From: Chthoniobacteraceae bacterium
GTDB taxonomy: Bacteria; Verrucomicrobiota; Verrucomicrobiia; Chthoniobacterales; Chthoniobacteraceae
Direction of reading: 5' to 3'
NCBI GenBank assembly: GCA_040081625.1
Contig: JBEBGD010000002.1
Coordinates: 32,001-96,000, forward strand
Length of the DNA: 64,000 nucleotides
Numbering within the stretch: the first letter of the stretch is position 1; the number at the start of each line of letters is the position of its first letter. The notes beneath the pieces are model-generated. The model was not told where the DNA came from. It saw nothing but the letters and a program-made list of their open reading frames with translations, and searched no databases. Shown piece after piece: positions 20,706 through 29,636 of the stretch. The position numbers and the translations under genes are program-made.

Positions 20706-20849
20706 AGATGCCTCATGGTTGCGCAGAATTGACCGGCGGCAGCTTTGAATCACATGGATGGCTCTATCCCCGCGTTAATCCGCAGGGAGTATTTTCTTCG
20801 AGTATTTTACGATTGCCTCCGTGTGGTTCGTGGTGATTCATCCATCGCC

Positions 20850-21005
20850 ATGAAACTACCCAGCAACCTCGGTCTTCGCCTTCTCGCCGTTTACCTCATC
20901 ATCATCGGTTTGATTGGCATCTTCGGTATCAGCCTCGGCCAGCTCAGTATCCTAGTGCCCATTCTTGCACTCGTTGCTGGTATTCTGATCTTGATTGGGA
21001 AGTAG
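20850..21005 (+). CDS. small two-TM membrane protein
   Basis: MKLPSNLGLRLLAVYLII...; 51 aa hydrophobic hairpin. Confidence 0.7.
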   Translation: MKLPSNLGLRLLAVYLIIIGLIGIFGISLGQLSILVPILALVAGILILIGK

Positions 21006-21015
21006 ATCAGCCATC

Positions 21016-21480
21016 ATGAACGCATTCGAGGAAAAGCTATATGAGATGGCAGGACACGAACTCATCTCTAAGGCCGTCAAACCTGGCCTCTGGACTAAGG
21101 CGTTCGCAATGGCGCTTGGCGATGAGCAGAAAACAAAGGCAGTTTACATAGAGCTTCGGGTAGCGGAACTTCGTGAAGAGTGCGTCGCCGAACTTGCTCG
21201 TCAAAATGAGACTGCCGCAGAACGTCGTTGTCGCGAAATCGGCCTTATTCGTGAGCGCTTCGGGGCGTTTGCTGGTATGCGCTATCTGGACACTGATCAC
21301 ATCCCAAGCAGTTCTTTTGACGGTCGGTCCACGGATCTCTGCTATCCGGTTTCCAGCGCGTTCGTTGCCGAGGTTCTGGGATTGCTTGAATTCGAGGTTA
21401 TCGGGCTCATTAAACGACGCTACATCCAAGGTCTCCATTGTAATGGCGACTGGTTTTGCGATCTAGGAGGAAGCAAGTAA
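21016..21480 (+). CDS. hypothetical protein
   Basis: EEKLYE...GLWTKA...KAVYIELRV motif. Confidence 0.65.
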   Translation: MNAFEEKLYEMAGHELISKAVKPGLWTKAFAMALGDEQKTKAVYIELRVAELREECVAELARQNETAAERRCREIGLIRERFGAFAGMRYLDTDHIPSSSFDGRSTDLCYPVSSAFVAEVLGLLEFEVIGLIKRRYIQGLHCNGDWFCDLGGSK

Positions 21481-21546
21481 TGTCCAATAGGCATTTCGCC
21501 CTTGGCAGGCGTCATGTTTTATTGGACAAGCGACTCTGTCCCGTGA

Positions 21547-21620
21547 ACTCAACCTCGGTTTATGCGAGTCTTTTCCACCCAGTCTCTGCACCCGGCGATT
21601 CGCTGAATTTAGAGTTAGGC
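21547..21620 (+). other. putative integron attC site (isolated)
   Basis: R'' ACTCAAC, 5 bp, L'' TTTATGCG ... L' CGCTGAA, 6 bp, R' GTTAGGC; 74 bp. Confidence 0.55.
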
Positions 21621-21637
21621 GTTTCCTCGCGCTTTCT

Positions 21638-22204
21638 GTGAACGAGACCTACATGCACTACACCGAAGAGAGCAACGCGCTCGACTACTTCGAGCGTGCG
21701 GCTCAATTCATCCGAGAGGCATCCACGGATAACCAAGCATGGAAGTGGGTCATCTTTGCCTTACACGGTGCATTATACGGTTTCGCCATCTGCGCCTGCA
21801 AGGGCACCAACTACGAGAACGTCACAACGAAAACAAAGTGGGGACTACGCCTTATCTCCTTTTCCGAAGCACTTGCGGCCTGCCAAGACCCTCAACGAAT
21901 GCAGATGACCGTCCTGAGCAAGCCGCTTTCTCTCACGAACGACCAGCGCGCAGCCATCACGCATCTCCAGCACGCACTTCGCAACCCGTTCGAGCACTAC
22001 ATTCCTCTGAGTTGGCACGTCGAGCTTCACGGGATGCCCGAAATTGCCATTCACTGCATCCAGGTTATTCGCTTTCTGGCACTCGACACCCGCAACTACA
22101 CCATGTTGGCGGAGGGCCAGTATGCTCGCATTGATTCACTAGCAGCCGAGACCATCGCCTTTCTCCGCACAACGCCCCTCCACCTCGAAAACAACGCCAC
22201 ATGA
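21638..22204 (+). CDS. putative HEPN-like protein, possibly cassette-derived
   Basis: RNPFEH (RxxxxH); starts 17 bp after the attC-like R' box. Confidence 0.6.
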   Translation: MNETYMHYTEESNALDYFERAAQFIREASTDNQAWKWVIFALHGALYGFAICACKGTNYENVTTKTKWGLRLISFSEALAACQDPQRMQMTVLSKPLSLTNDQRAAITHLQHALRNPFEHYIPLSWHVELHGMPEIAIHCIQVIRFLALDTRNYTMLAEGQYARIDSLAAETIAFLRTTPLHLENNAT

Positions 22205-22429
22205 AACCACAAACCATCGTAATCGCCGAAGTCGTCGTCCTCTACGCCACTGTCTCGTGGTGAGATGACCAAGAAGCTGTGGGAATACATCAAAGCCAAG
22301 GGACTTCAGGATGCGACGAACAAGCGTCAGATCAATGCTGACGAGGCGCTCAAGAAGGTGTTCAACGGCAAAAGCCAGGTTGACATGTTCGAAATGACCA
22401 AGCTCGTGTCAGGACATGTGAAGGCGTAG
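22201..22429 (+). pseudogene. SWIB/MDM2-domain gene, 5' frameshifted or truncated
   Basis: One frame reads PLSRGEMTKKLWEYIKAKGLQDATNKRQINADEALKKVFNGKSQVDMFEMTKLVSGHVKA; the ATG at 22201 is in another frame; 54-aa ORF from ATG 22265. Confidence 0.85.
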
Positions 22430-22606
22430 AACTGGTGGTCACTGGGAGAGATGCGTGTGTGCATGGAGTGTGAGCACCTGTTCACCGGACACGCCATCAA
22501 GCGGATCGAGGACAATGAAGGGGTGATCCATCTCCATACCCTAAGCTGCACCTTTGAGCATAAGTTTTGGCTTGTTCACGCGCTCCTCCTCTGGATTTAT
22601 CTGCCC

Positions 22607-22951
22607 ATGAACCTCAGCGATCTCACAGCGCGTTTGGCGATCAGTTTTCTTTTCTTGATCGCGTTTTCTGGCTGCGAACGGAACCCGGCAGCAACAGCGC
22701 GAATTATGGAAGCAACAGGCCGCGCTCTAAACCCAGAGGAGCCAATCCGCGAAGCAGAAGTGGCGAAAAAGGCCAGTGAAGCGGCTGTCAGTGTAGCGGA
22801 AGCCAACAAGAAAGCAGCAGAGGCAAACAAAAGCGCGGCAGAGGCGAACAAGAGCACGGCAGAGGCGTTGGAGAGGACAGCAAAGACGATGACTGAGCGG
22901 CAACTCAAGACGGCAACGCCAACGCCATCAGTCAGCCCAAAGCCACAGTAA
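22607..22951 (+). CDS. putative lipoprotein with AEANK repeats
   Basis: FSGC lipobox-like; heptad repeats. Confidence 0.6.
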   Translation: MNLSDLTARLAISFLFLIAFSGCERNPAATARIMEATGRALNPEEPIREAEVAKKASEAAVSVAEANKKAAEANKSAAEANKSTAEALERTAKTMTERQLKTATPTPSVSPKPQ

Positions 22952-22980
22952 CGCTAAACACCGCGTCGTTGGAGCACTGG

Positions 22981-23481
22981 TCAAACCATCGGTGTGATCG
23001 CAGCAGCGAAGGCAATATCGGTAGCGACTTTCTGCTGAGCCCACCTCGCCTTGGCAGCCTCAGACATCTTCTTCCTCGCTGCTGGACTGATCTTCCGCTT
23101 CTTCACCGGCTTCGCTTCAGGCTTTGGAGCCGGGGCTTTGGCAGGTGTCTTCTTCGCCGCATTCACTTTTGCCCACCGAGCTTTCTGAGCAGCGACAATT
23201 GCAGCTCGTCCTGCCGCTGACATTCCGCCCTTCTTCTTGGGTGCCTTAGCAGGCGTCGGAGCTTTTGCCGCTTTGATCTTTGCCCAGCGAGCTTTGATCC
23301 CAGCCACCATCTTTGCACGCGCAGCAGGACTGATGACTTTCTTGGCTTTCGCCTTCAGTGTCGTTGCAACGGTGGAGACTTTACCACTGACACCGCTGAT
23401 GATTTGATTCAGTTCGGCTTGGAGCGTTTCAATTTGTTCAGCGAGAGTGATGGCGCGTTTGAGTTGTTCGATGGATGGCAT
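22981..23481 (-). CDS. basic Lys/Ala-rich histone H1-like putative nucleoid protein
   Basis: N-terminal coiled coil plus three S-x-A-x-R...KARWA repeats with PAK linkers. Confidence 0.75.
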   Translation of the reverse strand: MPSIEQLKRAITLAEQIETLQAELNQIISGVSGKVSTVATTLKAKAKKVISPAARAKMVAGIKARWAKIKAAKAPTPAKAPKKKGGMSAAGRAAIVAAQKARWAKVNAAKKTPAKAPAPKPEAKPVKKRKISPAARKKMSEAAKARWAQQKVATDIAFAAAITPMV

Positions 23482-23660
23482 GGTTCACCAATAAGCGTTT
23501 GTGTTCGATACGTCAATTGCCCGCAGTTTCCACTTGTCAGACGAAGCCCTTTGCCACAATGATCGACAGGCGATGCATTGTGCCTTCAACACGGAATCAT
23601 TTGTCCATGTCCCCGTGTTGTTCTTGGCACTCCACATGCGCTCCTTTCATTACGCATCCG

Positions 23661-24500
23661 GTGATCACGGACATCTTTCAATTTCAAGACGCGCTGATCA
23701 AGCAGGTTGAGAGAGTGTTGGAGACCCGAGATGTGCAACCAGGATTTCAACATCATCCGGCGCTCGTTGCCTTCGAGGAGAGCGTATCCTTCGCGACAGG
23801 AGAAGCAATAGGCGCTTTTGCACGGCAAGCGATGCGCAAATGTTCAGCGTCTGAACTGAAACGTCAGCGTCGAATGATCAAGACCCTTCTCGCGCACGTC
23901 ATCGCGAATGTCTCGCCAGACGAACTAATGCGCCGTTGCTTCGATGCTTCGATCGCGATCACGTTGATGTTAGAAGAATTGGGGATATGGGCAGTCACTT
24001 ATCTTGGCACGCTCATTTACGATGGATGCGGGGTTCTGGAAAATCGATCTCTGTATTATGTGGACGATATATTTGATCCTCATCCTGACAGCGAAGCTCG
24101 CGGACATTCTTGGATCTTTACTCCTGGATACCCGGTCATTGACCTGACGGCTCGTCATCAGCCCCTGCCGCTGGAATGGAGTGAGAAGATTCCGTGGCCC
24201 CTTCTTCTTCAGAAGGACGGGCCAACTTCTCCTGATCCGATGTGGTATTTAGATCTCATGGATCCTCCCCTTGTTGCAAAGCAGAAGCACATGTGGCTTT
24301 TAGAGCAACGCAAGTATCCAGATTGGAATCGTCTGCATCCCCACGCGCACTACAAAGCGAACGAAGTATATCTTCACTTCGTGCCGATGGATTTAATGTT
24401 CGGAGATTCGCCACTTAGCGAGTTCCAAAGTTCATTTCGCATTGGAGGCAAAACTCCATTTGAGTTCTTCAATGCGATTAGGACAACTCTCTCTCCCTGA
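23661..24500 (+). CDS. hypothetical protein (possible transglutaminase-like Cys-His-Asp triad)
   Basis: RCFDAS...GHSW...IDLT; start uncertain. Confidence 0.5.
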   Translation: MITDIFQFQDALIKQVERVLETRDVQPGFQHHPALVAFEESVSFATGEAIGAFARQAMRKCSASELKRQRRMIKTLLAHVIANVSPDELMRRCFDASIAITLMLEELGIWAVTYLGTLIYDGCGVLENRSLYYVDDIFDPHPDSEARGHSWIFTPGYPVIDLTARHQPLPLEWSEKIPWPLLLQKDGPTSPDPMWYLDLMDPPLVAKQKHMWLLEQRKYPDWNRLHPHAHYKANEVYLHFVPMDLMFGDSPLSEFQSSFRIGGKTPFEFFNAIRTTLSP

Positions 24501-24510
24501 CCGACCATAA

Positions 24511-25113
24511 ATGAAGCCGATTGAATGGCTCACAGGCGACGTCGCAGACGAGATAATCTTTCACGAGGCGGGGCATTTTGTGATGGGGATGCTACTAGGC
24601 ATTGAAGAAGCTGGCATCCAGTTTTTCAGGGCAGGTTCTTGCGATTCAGCCAGAAGCCACTACACCGCGGAGGCCAACGATCAGCCAAGAAGAATTCAAC
24701 GGTCACTCGCAGGAATGTATTCGCAGGCACTAACATGTCCCAGTTCTATTGACGATGAGCTTAGATCACTTATTCTAAAGGGGGCCTTATTCGAACGAGA
24801 GGAGGACCTGAAAGGGACAGCGGTCATTCAACGCCGCCTGAAGGAGCACGGCTTTCTTGGGGACACAATCATAGCGATGGACTTAGCGGCAGAGATTAGC
24901 CCAAAGCCAGAGGACATACTTCGAGTGCTGAGACGGTGCCACTCTTATGTGTGTGACGCATTCGAGCCAACGCGGGTAGCCCACATTGTAAGAGGCGTTC
25001 ATCAAGATATACGGCTGTGGCTTGAGGAGGACGACGATTGGCTCGCTTTTGATGTCCGCATGCTTTTCTATTCCATACCTCGAGCAACAAAGACATTCAG
25101 AAAGCTGGTATAA
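24511..25113 (+). CDS. HExxH zinc peptidase-like protein
   Basis: IFHEAGH and LAG motifs. Confidence 0.6.
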   Translation: MKPIEWLTGDVADEIIFHEAGHFVMGMLLGIEEAGIQFFRAGSCDSARSHYTAEANDQPRRIQRSLAGMYSQALTCPSSIDDELRSLILKGALFEREEDLKGTAVIQRRLKEHGFLGDTIIAMDLAAEISPKPEDILRVLRRCHSYVCDAFEPTRVAHIVRGVHQDIRLWLEEDDDWLAFDVRMLFYSIPRATKTFRKLV

Positions 25114-25175
25114 TACATTGAAACGAATGAGCTAAATCCCAAGGATCGAACTCAGACGCTCAAACGTAGAACCCA

Positions 25176-25376
25176 GTGAACCCGAAGTATTACAGCCCGC
25201 AGATCCGGCGTGATCTCGTCACCAAGCTCTACTTCAGGGCCAAGGCCGAGAAAGTGCCGATGACGAAGCTCACGAATAGATTGCTCGACGAGGCACTAAG
25301 CAGTGTCGAGCCAATGGAAGTGCTTCGTGTAGCAGAATCGCCAACACCGTATCCCAACCCGCAGCAAGCGGCTTAG
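25176..25376 (+). CDS. small ribbon-helix-helix-like DNA-binding protein
   Basis: YSPQIRRDLVTKLY...PMTKLTNRLLDEAL. Confidence 0.6.
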   Translation: MNPKYYSPQIRRDLVTKLYFRAKAEKVPMTKLTNRLLDEALSSVEPMEVLRVAESPTPYPNPQQAA

Positions 25377-25405
25377 GACATCACATCAACCACAACGCAC
25401 GCATC

Positions 25406-25430
25406 GCCGACTCCTCGCAGTCGGCTTTTT
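25406..25430 (+). terminator. intrinsic terminator-like hairpin
   Basis: GCCGACT/AGTCGGC stem plus TTTTT. Confidence 0.65.
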
Positions 25431-25461
25431 CGTGCCCACACCTAAAGAAAGGAAACACACA

Positions 25462-25950
25462 ATGGCCGTTATCCTCGCCATGACGTATCAGAAGAAACTC
25501 GGGCTGCCCAATTACAGCAGCCACTCATGCTCAGTCAGTCTCACGGTCGAAATCCCAGACGTGAGTGTGGCAGCACAGGAGAGCAGCAAGCTCTACCAAC
25601 TGCTGCAAACCGCAGTGGATGCCGAGATCCGTGAAGTCGGTTTCATGCCCGATGCCACGACCTACGGCATGGACAATCACCAGCCTGCAAACGGCAATGG
25701 AAACGGTCAGCATCAGCAGAACGGCGACGCCTGGAACTGCACACAGGGTCAAGAATCGTTCATCAAGCGCATCGTGAATGAGTCCAACCTCGACAAGAAC
25801 GAGGTGGAGAACATGGCGCAGCAGCTCTTTGGCTGCGGTGTGAAGCAGTGCGATCGAATGCAAGCCAGCCAGCTCATCGAAGAGTTGCTGGAGAAGACCG
25901 GCAAGAAGGTCAGGCGTTTTCAGCGTCGTCAACCGGCACCCACACGATGA
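25462..25950 (+). CDS. hypothetical protein of the DNA-handling module
   Basis: AGAAAGGA RBS; KKLGLPNYSSH motif; C-terminal QASQLIEEL helical motif. Confidence 0.8.
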   Translation: MAVILAMTYQKKLGLPNYSSHSCSVSLTVEIPDVSVAAQESSKLYQLLQTAVDAEIREVGFMPDATTYGMDNHQPANGNGNGQHQQNGDAWNCTQGQESFIKRIVNESNLDKNEVENMAQQLFGCGVKQCDRMQASQLIEELLEKTGKKVRRFQRRQPAPTR

Positions 25951-26780
25951 TCGCTGCCGCTGAAGCAATTCAATCAGCGCCAGCATCACCACCACCGACC
26001 GAAGCACAGATCATCAGCGACTTGAGAAAGACAGTATCGCCATCAAGGCTCACGCTGTTTCTCTCCTGCCGATTGAAGTTCTTCTTTCGGTATGTGCTCG
26101 GGCTGACGAAACCAAAGTCAGCGGCGCTACACGTCGGCACCTGCGTTCATGCCGTGATTAAGAGTTGGAACAAGGCGAGGTGGAAACAACAGCCACTCAC
26201 GCTCAAACAACTCCACGATGAATTCAGCAAAGCTTGGACGGACGAGGCCGAAGAACCTGTCCAGTGGGATGAAGACGAGAAGGAAGAGGATCAAAAAGCG
26301 CTGGGCTGGCGGCTGGTGGAAACGTATCTGCGAGAGAACAAAACTCCCGCAGACGTGAAACCGGAAGCGGTCGAAGTGTATGTCGAGGCAGACCTCCACA
26401 AACACGGTCTGCCAAACATTGTCGGCGTGCTCGATCTGGTTCAGGCAGGCGTCATCGTCGATTACAAGACGAGCGGCAAGTCACCCAACGTCGAGACAGT
26501 TGCTCACACACACGAGATCCAGACGAGCAGCTACGCCGTCCTCTATCGTGATGCGACCAGCAAGCGTGAAAGCGGCATCGAGATCCATCATCTGATCAAG
26601 ACCAAGGCTCCCAAGGTTATCATCTCACCGATGCCGCCAATGAGCGATCAGCAGCAAACCCGGCTGTTTCATCTCATGGAAGCTTACCAAGACGGTCTGG
26701 GCCGAAAAGACTTCGTTCCGTCGGTCGGCATGCAGTGCTCCTCATGCGAATTCCTGGGTGAATGTCGCAAGTGGAGCTGA
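25947..26780 (+). CDS. PD-(D/E)xK nuclease, Cas4/AddB-like with four Cys (possible Fe-S)
   Basis: SPSRL...C, GVLDL...IVDYKT, CSSCEFLGEC; ATGA overlap with the upstream gene. Confidence 0.9.
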   Translation: MIAAAEAIQSAPASPPPTEAQIISDLRKTVSPSRLTLFLSCRLKFFFRYVLGLTKPKSAALHVGTCVHAVIKSWNKARWKQQPLTLKQLHDEFSKAWTDEAEEPVQWDEDEKEEDQKALGWRLVETYLRENKTPADVKPEAVEVYVEADLHKHGLPNIVGVLDLVQAGVIVDYKTSGKSPNVETVAHTHEIQTSSYAVLYRDATSKRESGIEIHHLIKTKAPKVIISPMPPMSDQQQTRLFHLMEAYQDGLGRKDFVPSVGMQCSSCEFLGECRKWS

Positions 26781-26894
26781 AGTAATCTCGGACAAAACGG
26801 ACAGCTAATCAGCAGTCCATCGGGAAAACGGTTGGTCCTCAGCAAGTGGGAGCTGGGGGCCAACCAATCCATTTCTAGAAAGGAGGGGAAACCC

Positions 26895-27161
26895 ATGAAA
26901 AGACATCTACTCGCGCTCAGCATCATGCTGGCGCTCATCACCACATCACACGCCGGGTGGTTCGATCGCAAAGACGATCACAAGCAGGAGATCCAACAGC
27001 TCCATCAACAGCTCGCCGTCGAACAAAAGCAGACAGGCACCTGGCAGATCGTTGCTGGCAGTTTGGCTGTGTTCACGTTCATCGCGTTCACCATCGGCAC
27101 CATTCTGGGATCAAGAACACGGAGAAAACATGAGCGAGCCGCTGACACCCACCAACAGTAA
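26895..27161 (+). CDS. small exported/membrane protein
   Basis: RBS, signal peptide, C-terminal TM. Confidence 0.7.
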   Translation: MKRHLLALSIMLALITTSHAGWFDRKDDHKQEIQQLHQQLAVEQKQTGTWQIVAGSLAVFTFIAFTIGTILGSRTRRKHERAADTHQQ

Positions 27162-27549
27162 GAGCCGAGTGCGTGAGTTCATCAGTCGGCACTGGCAGCC
27201 AAAGGAAATCGAGCAGCCAACAGTCGATCCTGACCTCAAGCATCTCGATGGCGCTCAACGGTCAGCAGAGGTGGTGCGTTACAGCATTCTCTCGCTGGAA
27301 TGGTGGTTGAGCCCCAATGGCAGATTGAGGGAATGGCTCAGGCTCAATGGAAAGATCAGCTCGGTGTTGATCATCCCTGCGGTGCTCGTGGTGCCATTGG
27401 TCACGTTCATCATCTGGCAGGTATCAAAGTGGATGGGCTGGCTGGTGGGTATCGCTGGCAACCTCATTCTATTTCCACTGGCAGCTCTTGTAGCAGCGGG
27501 CGTCACATTCGGCGTCGTCATCTTGCTGAGGAACCTCCTCGGCAAATAA
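27130..27549 (+). CDS. membrane protein
   Basis: Two C-terminal TM helices. Confidence 0.7.
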   Translation: MSEPLTPTNSKSRVREFISRHWQPKEIEQPTVDPDLKHLDGAQRSAEVVRYSILSLEWWLSPNGRLREWLRLNGKISSVLIIPAVLVVPLVTFIIWQVSKWMGWLVGIAGNLILFPLAALVAAGVTFGVVILLRNLLGK

Positions 27550-27627
27550 TTCAAATCGCACACAAGGCCGGATCACTCATCATCGGGTGGTCCGGCTTTG
27601 TCGTGTTCAAATAGAAAGGATAATCAC

Positions 27628-28698
27628 ATGGAGCACATCACGCTCTACTACAAGGAAGGCAGCTCGGACAAAGTGTATTCAGTCAGGATCGAGCCCAAGG
27701 ACAGCGGATACGTTGTGAACTTCGCTTACGGTCGTCGTGGCTCTACGATGACCACTGGAACCAAAACCTCCACAGCGGTCGATTATGACGCAGCCAAGGC
27801 CATCTACGACAAGCTCGTGAAAGAGAAGACGAGCAAGGGCTACACGCCTGGCGAAGACGGCACACCGTATCAGCACACAGCCAAGGCCAGCACCGGTATT
27901 CACTGCCAGTTGCTCAATTCGATCGGCGACGATGAAATTGAAAAACTCATCAGTGATCCGTCGTGGTGGATGCAGGAGAAGAAAGACGGGCGAAGGCTGT
28001 TGCTGAAAAAGGAAGGCGACAGCATCACCGGTATCAACAGGCTCGGCCTCATTGCTGGCATTTCCGTTGCACTGGCTCGGGATGCACTTCGCTGCGTTGA
28101 AGACTTTGTGTTGGACGGCGAGGGCATCGGAGATCACCTCCATGTCTTCGATGCAGTGTTGATCGGTGACGAGGAAATTGGCGGTTGTCGCTACACCGAG
28201 CGTTACCTGCGGCTGATGAATCTGCTCGGTTCATTCCAGCACCCACATATTCACCTCGTCTCCACGGCGTTCTCTGCCAACGACAAACAAGAGCTGTTCG
28301 ATAAGCTGAAGGACAAGAACGCAGAGGGCGTCGTGTTCAAGCACAGTGACGCACCCTACATCGCTGGACGCCCTTCGAGCGGTGGCACGCAGCTCAAACA
28401 CAAGTTCTGTGAAACCGCGTCCTTCATCGTGGGCAGTGTGAACTCGAAGCGCAGCGTGAAGTTGAAACTGCTCAACGGGAAATCATTCGTCGATGCTGGC
28501 AACGTCACGATCCCACCCAATCACGACATCCCCAAACCTGGCACAGTCGTTGAGGTTCGATACCTCTACGCATTCAAGGAGAGTGGCTGCATCTACCAGC
28601 CTGTGTATCTCGGTGCTCGTGACGACATCGATCCAGCGGAGTGCATGGTCGCTCAGCTCAAATATAAAGCGGACCAACCGCAAGAGGCACTCGTATGA
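27628..28698 (+). CDS. WGR domain + ATP-dependent DNA ligase
   Basis: SDKVY...YGRRG...KGY (WGR); ligase motifs EKKDG, LDGE, EGVVFK; OB-like tail EVRYL...R-D-D. Confidence 0.92.
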   Translation: MEHITLYYKEGSSDKVYSVRIEPKDSGYVVNFAYGRRGSTMTTGTKTSTAVDYDAAKAIYDKLVKEKTSKGYTPGEDGTPYQHTAKASTGIHCQLLNSIGDDEIEKLISDPSWWMQEKKDGRRLLLKKEGDSITGINRLGLIAGISVALARDALRCVEDFVLDGEGIGDHLHVFDAVLIGDEEIGGCRYTERYLRLMNLLGSFQHPHIHLVSTAFSANDKQELFDKLKDKNAEGVVFKHSDAPYIAGRPSSGGTQLKHKFCETASFIVGSVNSKRSVKLKLLNGKSFVDAGNVTIPPNHDIPKPGTVVEVRYLYAFKESGCIYQPVYLGARDDIDPAECMVAQLKYKADQPQEALV

Positions 28699-28877
28699 GC
28701 ACCAAGCTCATCAGTCGCAAGCACGTCAAAGCCTGTGCGCTGTCGATGGCTGCTCACCGGACCCACAAGTTCACACGAGTTGGTGCCGAGTTTTTCATCA
28801 AATGCGAAGCGAACTTGAAAGAGTTCATCAGGAGCTACGTGCAAAGGCTGCCGTCGAAAGGAAAGACGATTGTATGA
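28695..28877 (+). CDS. putative short histone-fold protein
   Basis: 60 aa, basic; helix - RVG loop - long helix - GKTI loop; ATGA overlaps on both sides. Confidence 0.6.
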   Translation: MSTKLISRKHVKACALSMAAHRTHKFTRVGAEFFIKCEANLKEFIRSYVQRLPSKGKTIV

Positions 28878-29128
28878 GCAGCCCATTCGCAGCACGGGAG
28901 CCGCAGCCCATGCACCGGTATAAGAATGACTTCCGGTGGCGAGTCATGCCGCCTGACAAAGCAGAAGCAGACGGTTACTTCACTCGCGCCTTTGGCAATA
29001 AGCAGAAGGCACTGGCGTATCAGAAGCTCATCAAGACGCTCTATCCTGATGAAGTGTGCTGCCTTTGCGACACCGGCAAATACTACGACGCTCACGGTCA
29101 CATCTACCACAGCAAGGAAGGACGGTAG
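28874..29128 (+). CDS. hypothetical protein
   Basis: ATGA-coupled to the upstream gene. Confidence 0.6.
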   Translation: MSSPFAAREPQPMHRYKNDFRWRVMPPDKAEADGYFTRAFGNKQKALAYQKLIKTLYPDEVCCLCDTGKYYDAHGHIYHSKEGR

Positions 29129-29214
29129 CTAAACCAGCGGTGTAAATTCTTACACCCCAACATCAACCAAGGGGCCGCGTGTGTTCAATCCACATGCGGT
29201 CTTCAACTTCATCG

Positions 29215-29559
29215 TCAATGCGGGCGAGGAATCCCGTAGGTCAGCGACAGGTAGTTTCCAATGTCCTGCGGTTCGTCGATGAACCACCGACCATTTGCTT
29301 CATTCACTTGAACCCCGGCAAGCGGTGACACCAGCGGAGCACCAAGGACCAAGGCAGGACACGACTGATGTTCTGCGCCCAGCAGCGCAAGCAAGTCAGC
29401 TCTCGGCTTTGCAAAGGCCACACGCTTCACATCAATCTGAGATGTCAGATTTGGATAGAGGCTGAGCAAGCCCTCGAAGATGGTGCAGTAGGGACAGTAA
29501 TACGGAGCGCCATCGCCATCGAGGAAGCCGGGGGTAAGCAAGAACAGGGTGTCTTTCAT
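29215..29559 (-). CDS. DUF3088 family protein
   Basis: DTLFLLTPGF...YYCPYC...EGLL...HQSCPALVL...PRPH. Confidence 0.85.
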   Translation of the reverse strand: MKDTLFLLTPGFLDGDGAPYYCPYCTIFEGLLSLYPNLTSQIDVKRVAFAKPRADLLALLGAEHQSCPALVLGAPLVSPLAGVQVNEANGRWFIDEPQDIGNYLSLTYGIPRPH

Positions 29560-29636
29560 CGGACACGAACACACTCACTCAACGCATCGGATGCAACTCG
29601 TATCCGTTGTTCACACCAAACAAGAAAGGAAAACCC

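Noticed and set aside
25947..26780. Cas4-like gene as evidence of CRISPR-Cas
   Set aside because: No cas1/cas2 and no repeat-spacer array seen in the window; solo Cas4/AddB-like nucleases are common on mobile elements
27604..29621. Additional LexA boxes (TGTTC half-sites near 27604, 29182, 29608)
   Set aside because: Second half-sites deviate or the spacing is wrong; cannot be supported without a position weight matrix
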